Source: Thermoplasmata archaeon (GTDB lineage: Archaea > Thermoplasmatota > Thermoplasmata > GCA-020350865). Taken from it: DNA of 64,000 nt. This document shows positions 1 through 6,869 of this stretch, in pieces. Under the pieces are notes generated by a model. That model worked only from the letters and a program-made list of their open reading frames with translations, had not been told where the DNA came from and ran no database searches. Both the position numbers and the translations under genes were made by a program. The DNA is taken from the NCBI GenBank assembly GCA_020348445.1, contig CP070751.1:16832-80831 (forward strand), given 5' to 3'. Every line of letters begins with the position of its first letter. Position 1 is the first letter of the stretch.

Positions 1-173
1 TTCACATAGTTAAAATATCTATCAATCTCCTGTTCTAAATATAATGGAAGGGGCTTTACGGGTTCTTCTTTGGGCTTTTCATCTTCATCATGCTCTTTTA
101 TCTTTTTATCTTTAGTTTTGCTATTCAGTTTTGCTTCTTTCTCCTCCTTACGCGCTAAAGTTATATACATCAT
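1..173 (-). CDS. partial ORF, Lys/Glu-rich hypothetical protein (N-terminal part only; continues past left window edge)
   Basis: Own minus-strand translation from ATG-ATG at 173/170: MMYITLARKEEKEAKLNSKTKDKKIKEHDEDEKPKEEPVKPLPLYLEQEIDRYFNYV..., open to position 1. Absent from the ORF track because truncated. No family recognised. Confidence 0.3.
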   Translation of the reverse strand, partial: MMYITLARKEEKEAKLNSKTKDKKIKEHDEDEKPKEEPVKPLPLYLEQEIDRYFNYV

Positions 174-227
174 CAATACAGGAATTGCGGCTATCTGTGT
201 AAATCTCAAATTGTAATGTTTCGTTAT

Positions 228-455
228 TCATTCCCCCTTGATCAGTAAAAATGACACACCGAAATTCTCCTCTGCAAAATCTGAATTACCTCTATGTATA
301 TCAAATACCCTTAGCTCTTCATCCCAGGTTTCCCTAAGCTCGAGTTTTTCATGGTTTGCTTCGATCCCCTTTCTTATCGAAATCTGGGTTTTTAATGGGT
401 TTTGTTTCATCCTTTTATCCTCCATTTTTCGTATCGAATCCGGTTCATGGCACAT
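228..455 (-). CDS. small hypothetical protein (60-75 aa)
   Basis: ORF track. Internal ATG at 410 is preceded by GGAGG with an 8-nt spacer and is the likelier start (MKQNPLKTQISIRKG...). Sits downstream of the RHH genes and of a conserved palindrome. No family recognised. Confidence 0.45.
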   Translation of the reverse strand: MCHEPDSIRKMEDKRMKQNPLKTQISIRKGIEANHEKLELRETWDEELRVFDIHRGNSDFAEENFGVSFLLIKGE

Positions 456-487
456 CGATTCTAAATTATGACAGATTTAATTGATAA

Positions 488-512
488 CTCTTTGTGGCTA
501 CATGTGACCACA
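488..512. promoter_or_regulatory. conserved palindromic motif, copy 1 (CTCTTTGTGGCTACATGTGACCACA)
   Basis: Matches the copy at 981-1005 at 22 of 25 positions. Core is TGTGG-N2-ACATGT-N2-CCACA (16/20 self-complementary). Lies between RHH gene 687-878 and the start of ORF 228-455. Confidence 0.45.
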
Positions 513-686
513 GAGTGGTGCTCCTTCAAAGGGATCGTTAAAAAGTTACTCTTTAACTGAACTAGATAAAAAAGAAATATCAATTGCCCTAGCGCCAATA
601 ATTACTCTAAACAATGAGGACTTTTAAAATAATCATGTAATTCCATGGATCCTCACAAAAAAATACGAAGCTTATCTTTGTAGAAT

Positions 687-878
687 TTACTCTATCTCAT
701 CCCCTCTTGAACGAATATATACGTTCAGTTCATCCAAATATAATCCAGTTCTGATACACCATCTAACATATGTGGACATGTCCGTATTCAGCCTATCGGC
801 CTCTTTTTTTACATGCTCTAACAATTCTGGATCGATTCTCACCCTGATGGTCTTGGTATATTTTTCCTCAACCGTCAT
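687..878 (-). CDS. ribbon-helix-helix (CopG/Arc/MetJ-like) DNA-binding protein, paralog A
   Basis: 63 aa. N-terminal beta-strand then two helices (KTIRVRIDPELLEHVKKEADRLNTDMSTYVRWCIRTGL). Clear paralog of 1083-1268 and 5742-5933 (shared YTK..V/IR.DPELL..VK.....TD.S.Y/FVR.CIRTG.YL). Confidence 0.75.
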   Translation of the reverse strand: MTVEEKYTKTIRVRIDPELLEHVKKEADRLNTDMSTYVRWCIRTGLYLDELNVYIRSRGDEIE

Positions 879-980
879 TTATGATTCACCACTAGCGTCT
901 ATTTCATGCATTTTTCGATTCACGTATTATAATTCACAAGATCGTTTTCCAAACAGTGAATTGTTGTGACTTTCATATAA

Positions 981-1005
981 CCCTTTGTGACTACATGTGC
1001 CCACA
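981..1005. promoter_or_regulatory. conserved palindromic motif, copy 2 (CCCTTTGTGACTACATGTGCCCACA)
   Basis: 22/25 identical to 488-512. Sits between RHH gene 1083-1268 and the start of RHH gene 687-878. Confidence 0.45.
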
Positions 1006-1082
1006 TGATTGCCTTTTCTTCCTCATCTGGAGGAAAGGGATTGTTCCCAATCATGGATTCTAAGATATGGCCATACATATTT

Positions 1083-1268
1083 CTACTCCTCGCTTTTTGA
1101 TTTTAGAAACTTGTTCACGTCCTTTAGGTACAATCCCGTTCTGATACACCATCTTACATAGGTGGACAAATCAGTGTCAAGCTTCTTGACTTCCTCTTTA
1201 ACCAGGGCAAGAAGCTCAGGGTCCACCCTCACCTTGAGGATTTTGGTGTACTTCCCCTCTTTCTCCAT
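1083..1268 (-). CDS. ribbon-helix-helix DNA-binding protein, paralog B
   Basis: 61 aa, MEKEGKYTKILKVRVDPELLALVKEEVKKLDTDLSTYVRWCIRTGLYL. Very close to 5742-5933. Own AT-rich promoter region in the 125-nt gap after the GTPase gene. Confidence 0.75.
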   Translation of the reverse strand: MEKEGKYTKILKVRVDPELLALVKEEVKKLDTDLSTYVRWCIRTGLYLKDVNKFLKSKSEE

Positions 1269-1393
1269 TTTATTTCCTCTGCAGTCTTACCATAATAATA
1301 TTTCATACTAAAAAAGGTTCTTGATGGGTATTAAAGCCTGAGATTTGGCCAAATAAAAATAGGTTATACGAGGCATATCGGGGTATTTTCTCA

Positions 1394-2266
1394 TCATTTG
1401 ATGTCATTGGCCAGCTCCCTTCTTCTTTCTAGATTGGAGAAAACTGTCTTTTCATCCATGAACTCGTTCTCTGCCTCTGCAAAATATTCCACAGCCTTGA
1501 GTATCCCTTCTTTTGTGGGTTTGTTTATATCGAGTCCGGCCCTGGCTATCTCCTGACGAAGGATCACCATGGCCATCCTGGAATCAGAAAATCCCTCGCA
1601 GAAATCAACGATTATTACATCAAGTGCGCCTATAGGGGTGGTTCGGTCAGAATTTCGGCGTATGCCTGTTGCCGTAAGGATTTCATAGACTTTTTTTACT
1701 GGATCTTCATACTTACCTTCAGCAAGAACAAGATGCCCAAGTGCTTCAAATGCCTCCTCAACATTAATTGCCTCCTTGGCACTTGTGGAATAATTTGTTT
1801 TCAATGTACCTCTGAGGATTGTATCAGCAGCGCTGTTGTACCTTTTGGCCATATCCTCCAATTCCTCGGGCTGGAACTCGAAGTCTTCTTTCAAATCCGA
1901 CTTGTTGCACACGAAGATCATGGGCACCTCCTCCACGACCTTGAACAAAAGGGGAATCCAGTATCGCTCCAGACTTTTTAGGGTCTCCTTTCTTGTCAGG
2001 TCTGCTACCAGAATGGCACCGTCTACTCCCACGAACGTCCTGGTTTGAACGGCACTGTACCCTTCCCTGCCGATGAGATCCCAGATCACGAATGTGAGGT
2101 TGTGGGTCTGATCAGGTCTTTGGATCAAAAGGTTCTTTTTAGTGATCTTGCAGCCGACTGTGGAGATGTAGGAGCTTTCGAACACATCGAAGACATATCT
2201 TCGAATGAGGCTTGTCTTGCCCACTGCACTGTCCCCTAAAAGGGCTATCTTCTTTTTCACTGTCAA
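1394..2266 (-). CDS. Ras/Rab-like small GTPase fused to a ~110-aa C-terminal domain of unknown family (paralog 1)
   Basis: All five G motifs are readable: G1 GDSAVGKT, G2 YISTVG, G3 WDLIGRE, G4 NKSD, G5 TSAK. TTG start preceded by AAAGGTGAACAA, the same initiation region as paralog 5952-6830. The C-terminal half (TTPIGALDVIIVDFCEGFSDSRMAMVILRQEIARAGL...) is conserved in the paralog. Confidence 0.85.
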   Translation of the reverse strand: MTVKKKIALLGDSAVGKTSLIRRYVFDVFESSYISTVGCKITKKNLLIQRPDQTHNLTFVIWDLIGREGYSAVQTRTFVGVDGAILVADLTRKETLKSLERYWIPLLFKVVEEVPMIFVCNKSDLKEDFEFQPEELEDMAKRYNSAADTILRGTLKTNYSTSAKEAINVEEAFEALGHLVLAEGKYEDPVKKVYEILTATGIRRNSDRTTPIGALDVIIVDFCEGFSDSRMAMVILRQEIARAGLDINKPTKEGILKAVEYFAEAENEFMDEKTVFSNLERRRELANDIK

Positions 2267-2435
2267 TTGTTCACCTTTCTTTGTACAATATTTTCGTATC
2301 CAATAAACTCTGGGCTATCGATTGGTGGCTAATGGCAATGAAAATACTTATGTTTATTTGTGATAAGACATAAGAAGGATTTAGCCATTCTTTTTCAATA
2401 TAAAAAATAGAAAATATTAAGGTACGGCGACTGTT

Positions 2436-4337
2436 CTATATGCCCAATTTTTTCCTGTTCGCCTCTATATGGGCCAAAATACCATCAGCAGCTTTGACTG
2501 GATCCTTCTCCACATTCATCACCCCGCCAGTCACCTGCTTGCAATCTTGAGTTAGGAGCTTCACAAGATCCGGTCCTCCAGTTACAGTGGGAACTGGATT
2601 CACATAAGTATAGAGTCCAAAAGCCAAAGCGAACACGGCATCTATTGTAGCCTTCTGCTCCATGTACTCAGGTGCACACGCTGCAACGGGTAAATCTGGA
2701 ATGGGCACATCTCCCAAGGCTTTGGAAACCGCCCCAACAAGATCAGCTAGTCGGCCTGTATCAGTGCACGTTCCGAAACTGAGAACTGGGGGAATCCCAA
2801 GTTTCTCACATAGGCCTTTAAGTCCCGATCCAGCCAGTTCCTTTGCTTGGGGGCTGCAAAGACCAGCAACCTGCACCCCACCGTTTCCGCAGCCCAAGGA
2901 AAGCACAAGGATGTCTCTTTTTATCAATTCCTTGACCATCCTTACAGTGTGAACATCCTGACCAGTGTCTCTTAGGGTTGTGCAGGAAACCATTCCCACC
3001 ACGCCTCTTATTACTCCATCCTTTATCGCCTCAAGCAAGGGATCCAGTTTTCCCCCCAGGGCCTCTAGTATACTTTCAGTGGAAAAACCCACAATCGCTT
3101 CTTTTACAGGCAATCCTGAGACAGGCTCATTTGATGACCTACGATCCTTGAAATTATCAATTGCCATCTCAAGAAGTCGGGAGGCTTGCGCAACTGCTCT
3201 ATCGGGAATATAATCCACTCGATCCTCTACTCCTTCAAAGGCAACAACTTCACTTATGGGAACAAGTTTGAACTTATATTTTTGGGCATATATTGGATCA
3301 ATGGGCATGGAGCAGTTCATATCACATGCAAAAAGATCAACACATCCGCTGGCCAAAACTGCTTCCTGCATTATCCAGTTTCCTGTGAATCCATAAAAGA
3401 CATCGTCCATCTCCCATCTTTGGATCATCTCCTGGCCAGTCTCGATATTAGCGATAATGCGTAATCCTTTGGCTCCAGCTTTTTTGGCTTTGTCCTGCCA
3501 CTCTGGAGTTCGAGCCAATTGAACCATTGCAAATCCAAGAAAAGGCTCGTGGCCGTTGGGAAGGACGTTCACATAATCCGGATCCAATACTCCAAGATCC
3601 ACACGCATATTATGAGGCCTTGGAATGCCGAATAAAATATCCTGGCAGAACTCGTTCACTATTTGACTTTGGTATGCCATTGCGATACCCAAACGCATGG
3701 CTTTAAGTGCGAGGGTTGCATAATAGCCATCCACGTTTGTTAGGCAGGAGCTTGTAGAGAACATTATCTCCCCGTGAATCCCACCTGGAAATATCCCCAA
3801 TTTTTTCCAGAGCTCCTTACGCTCATTGGGAGCCAGGGCTTCAACAATTTCACTTGGCTCATCATACTTTCTATTGAATTCTTTCTCCACGAAATCACAA
3901 AGGCGAAGGGCAATTTCTTTTTCAGAGCCAGAGGTATCCACACCAAGGCGTGCAGCAAAGGTTTTCAGCTTCTCAGGCTCCTTGATCTCAAAGGGTGTTT
4001 TATCGTTTGCAGTTGCGTAAAGGGTTTTTATTGTCTGGTCTGTATGATAATGATAGGTGGAGGCACCCATGACATTTCTGAGGAGCATCATGCGCATGGC
4101 CATTCCGTCTCCTGTGATGCCGCACACTCCCCTTTTGTCCTTTGATACGTCTGCACGGCACGGACCGTTTGAGCAGAGATCGCATCGAACACCGCCCATA
4201 CAAAAAGGACAGCGTTTGTCGGGATCACCAAAGCCCTGGGCCTCGAAGCGGTCCCAGATATTTGTCATGTTGTCCGATTTGATCTTCTCGTACATTTTAC
4301 GAACTGATTCATGATAAGAAATCCTATCGTCTTTCAT
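2436..4337 (-). CDS. cooS: anaerobic carbon-monoxide dehydrogenase catalytic subunit (CooS family)
   Basis: 633 aa. N-terminal Cys pattern CPFCMGGVRCDLCSNGPCRAD...GVCGITGDGMAMR and the overall length are typical of Ni-CODH CooS. No cooF/cooC/acs genes in the window. Confidence 0.85.
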   Translation of the reverse strand: MKDDRISYHESVRKMYEKIKSDNMTNIWDRFEAQGFGDPDKRCPFCMGGVRCDLCSNGPCRADVSKDKRGVCGITGDGMAMRMMLLRNVMGASTYHYHTDQTIKTLYATANDKTPFEIKEPEKLKTFAARLGVDTSGSEKEIALRLCDFVEKEFNRKYDEPSEIVEALAPNERKELWKKLGIFPGGIHGEIMFSTSSCLTNVDGYYATLALKAMRLGIAMAYQSQIVNEFCQDILFGIPRPHNMRVDLGVLDPDYVNVLPNGHEPFLGFAMVQLARTPEWQDKAKKAGAKGLRIIANIETGQEMIQRWEMDDVFYGFTGNWIMQEAVLASGCVDLFACDMNCSMPIDPIYAQKYKFKLVPISEVVAFEGVEDRVDYIPDRAVAQASRLLEMAIDNFKDRRSSNEPVSGLPVKEAIVGFSTESILEALGGKLDPLLEAIKDGVIRGVVGMVSCTTLRDTGQDVHTVRMVKELIKRDILVLSLGCGNGGVQVAGLCSPQAKELAGSGLKGLCEKLGIPPVLSFGTCTDTGRLADLVGAVSKALGDVPIPDLPVAACAPEYMEQKATIDAVFALAFGLYTYVNPVPTVTGGPDLVKLLTQDCKQVTGGVMNVEKDPVKAADGILAHIEANRKKLGI

Positions 4338-4403
4338 TTTCTAATCCCCCAATTGGTAATGCCCACAATGATTTGGATTATTTAAAACTAATGTGTAGAC
4401 TTT

Positions 4404-4448
4404 TTACTCCCAATCCAAAAGCCTCTTGCCATGAGTTTTGAAAATGGA
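4404..4448 (-). pseudogene. remnant of the 3' end of a PAS-domain (DUF438-type) gene, copy 1
   Basis: Minus-strand reading SIFKTHGKRLLDWE-stop. The 18-nt core TTACTCCCAATCCAAAAG is identical to 9831-9848 and to the true gene end at 10879-10896. No upstream ORF body. Confidence 0.6.
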
Positions 4449-4603
4449 TTGGGGGGATATTCACTGGATTGAGGGAGTACCGTGCAAGCTATGTTATTAA
4501 AAAAAAGAAAAAGATATGCGGCGAGGGTTTTGGAAATAGTCTATAATTCATGTGTAACTACTGCTGGATCCCACCGCGAGTCTTCTATTCTGAAGAACCT
4601 AAT

Positions 4604-5581
4604 CTATCTTTTCCAGTCAGGCCACCAACCTTTTGCGAGCTCCTCAGTCTGTTCAGTGCCGAAGTCGTATATATATACAGTCCATCCAGAAACACGTCCG
4701 CCTCCAGAGATACGTTTAGGCTTGGAAAATGCCTGTTGGGAATCATCGGGCGACCATGAGGGATAACGACTTTCTCCGCCGGAAACAAGCTGGGCTGTGG
4801 GGTTGCTCTGTGTCAAGTCCAGAGTGTATATAGCACTTCCATCAGATCCATCAAGAGCTGGCCATAACGTAAATGCCAGTTTATCTGGAGAACGAGACCA
4901 ATCTAGATCCTTAATACCTGCCTGTTCATAGTCATAGACTGTCACTGGGTCTTCTTCTGAATCAATTGTTAAGATATTGATATACGATTTACCGTCGATT
5001 GCTGTTGTCCAGTCAACAAATGCTATTTCTGTACCATCAGGGCTCCAGGCAATATCCACTAGATAATGCCCTTCATCTGCAGTATAAAGTGTATCAACTG
5101 AACCGTCGCTGAGAGAAATTGTCTGAATCAGCCTTGGGCGCTCACTACCCGTAGAAGGATCGTAGAGCTTTTGAATAAAGGCTATTTCACCACCCAAAGG
5201 TGACCATGCAATACTATATTGGATGTCTTGACACAGGAGTGTTGGTTCGCCTGCCTGCACTTCTCCTTCATTCACAGATATTTCAATAGTGTATAGATCA
5301 TGTGGAATGTTCTTGGTATATGCTATTGATGTTCCATCCGGTGCCCAGGTTGGACTGTATAGATTACCTGCTGAATCCACTTCGACCTGGTTAGTTCCGT
5401 CAGCATTCATCACCATGAGTGCATCATTTTTACCTACTTTAATAAACGCTATTGCCGGATCTGCTGGTGGTTCCTCATCAGGTGGTGGTTTTGGCGGTTT
5501 TTTTGCGGTAGCCATGGGTATGGCCATGCTCACAAGCAAGGACACTAATACTATGCCGATTAACAGCTTTCCTAGTTTCAT
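4604..5581 (-). CDS. secreted/lipid-anchored TolB-like beta-propeller protein (PD40/WD40-like repeats)
   Basis: N-terminal hydrophobic signal (MKLGKLLIGIVLVSLLVSMAIPMATA) followed by a Pro-rich linker. Repeated W(S/A)PDG..IAF motifs are typical of PD40 blades. Confidence 0.75.
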   Translation of the reverse strand: MKLGKLLIGIVLVSLLVSMAIPMATAKKPPKPPPDEEPPADPAIAFIKVGKNDALMVMNADGTNQVEVDSAGNLYSPTWAPDGTSIAYTKNIPHDLYTIEISVNEGEVQAGEPTLLCQDIQYSIAWSPLGGEIAFIQKLYDPSTGSERPRLIQTISLSDGSVDTLYTADEGHYLVDIAWSPDGTEIAFVDWTTAIDGKSYINILTIDSEEDPVTVYDYEQAGIKDLDWSRSPDKLAFTLWPALDGSDGSAIYTLDLTQSNPTAQLVSGGESRYPSWSPDDSQQAFSKPKRISGGGRVSGWTVYIYDFGTEQTEELAKGWWPDWKR

Positions 5582-5647
5582 ATTCTTTTCCTCCGATTAT
5601 CTTTCTAAATAGTCAAAAATCCTAAATCAGATTAATAAAGATAAAAT

Positions 5648-5669
5648 TTTGTCGGTACATGTACATACA
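5648..5669. promoter_or_regulatory. conserved palindromic motif, copy 3 (TTTGTCGGTACATGTACATACA)
   Basis: 16/22 identical to copy 1 and contains the perfect palindrome GTACATGTAC. Lies between RHH gene 5742-5933 and the start of the beta-propeller gene (5581). Confidence 0.4.
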
Positions 5670-5741
5670 TGACTATTTAATAAATAACGGAATTAAATAA
5701 ATCCCAATCCAAGAAACTCATCATCTTTTCCAATAAATTAC

Positions 5742-5933
5742 TCAATATAGCTTTCCTTTCCTCGATCTTAACTCTACATTCATCTCCTTCAAATAAAATC
5801 CAGTGCGTATGCACCCTCTGATAAACGCGGATATATCGGTCCCTTGTACCTTTGCCTTCTTTTTCACTTCTTCAAGGAGTTCCGGTTCAATTCTTATGGT
5901 GAGAACTTTAGTGTACTTTCCTTCCTTTTCCAT
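5742..5933 (-). CDS. ribbon-helix-helix DNA-binding protein, paralog C
   Basis: 63 aa, MEKEGKYTKVLTIRIEPELLEEVKKKAKVQGTDISAFIRGCIRTGFYL. SD AAGGTGG upstream. Starts 18 nt after the GTPase stop. Confidence 0.75.
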   Translation of the reverse strand: MEKEGKYTKVLTIRIEPELLEEVKKKAKVQGTDISAFIRGCIRTGFYLKEMNVELRSRKGKLY

Positions 5934-5951
5934 CTCGCCACCTTTTTTGAA

Positions 5952-6830
5952 TCAGTCTCCAACAATGCTTTCGGCCCACTCTCTTCTTCTTTTCATATTG
6001 GCTAAAACAATATCTCGATCTTTAAACTCACTCTCTGCTTCTGCTAAATACTCAACAGCTGTTAGAATCTTCTCTTTTGTGGGATTGTTAACATCGATTT
6101 TCGCTCTTGCAAGTTCCTGGCGCAGGATTAGCATTGCTATTCTCGAATCCTTGAAATCCTTGCAGAAATCCACCATTATAGCATCCAATGCACCAATGGG
6201 CGTTGTCTTATCCAAATTTCTCTGAATACCTGTTGCAAAGAGAGTTTCAAGGAGAATCTCAACAGTATTATCTGGTTTATACTCACTTAGCATAAAATTC
6301 CCCAAGCTCTCAAAGGCGCATTCGACATTGTTCCCATCTTTTGCACTGGTCGCATAGCAGGATTTTAATCCCTGAAATGTTGTTTTAAGGGATTGACCGC
6401 TGTATCTTCCCGCCAAATCCTCCATATCCTCGAATCCGAACTCGTATTTTCCTTTCAGATCGGATTTGTTACAAGTAAACACCAAGGGCACATTCTCTAC
6501 TATCTTGAACAAAAAAGGAATCCAATATTTCTCAAGGTTCTCCAGGGTCTCCTTTCTCGTAAGATCCGCCACAAGGATTGCACCTTCCACACCCACAAAG
6601 GTCCTGGCATGAAGGGCGTGATATCCCTCTCTACCGATAATGTCCCAGATCATAAATTTGACATCTACATTAGCGTTGGATCTATGAATGGAAAATTCCT
6701 TCATGGTTACCTTGCTTCCTATTGTGGAGGTATAGGAATCCTCGAACTGGTCGAAAACGAATCTTCGAATGAGGCTGGTTTTGCCTACGGCGCTGTCGCC
6801 GAGCAGGACGATTTTCTTTTTTATTGCCAA
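5952..6830 (-). CDS. Ras/Rab-like small GTPase fused to a ~110-aa C-terminal domain of unknown family (paralog 2)
   Basis: G1 GDSAVGKT, G2 YTSTIG, G3 WDIIGRE, G4 NKSD, G5 TSAK. TTG start after AAAGGTGAACAG. 39 nt downstream of the STAND ATPase gene. Confidence 0.85.
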   Translation of the reverse strand: MAIKKKIVLLGDSAVGKTSLIRRFVFDQFEDSYTSTIGSKVTMKEFSIHRSNANVDVKFMIWDIIGREGYHALHARTFVGVEGAILVADLTRKETLENLEKYWIPFLFKIVENVPLVFTCNKSDLKGKYEFGFEDMEDLAGRYSGQSLKTTFQGLKSCYATSAKDGNNVECAFESLGNFMLSEYKPDNTVEILLETLFATGIQRNLDKTTPIGALDAIMVDFCKDFKDSRIAMLILRQELARAKIDVNNPTKEKILTAVEYLAEAESEFKDRDIVLANMKRRREWAESIVGD

Positions 6831-6869
6831 CTGTTCACCTTTCCGTTTGTGATTTTGTAGATTCCACCT

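Noticed and set aside
4446-4480. Inverted partial copies (GGATTGGGGGG, GGATTGAGGGAGTA) of the repeat core next to remnant copy 1, considered as terminal inverted repeats of a mobile element
   Set aside because: They are imperfect (2-nt indel), present only at this copy and not at 9831 or 10879, and no element-like partner end was found. They may only form a local hairpin.
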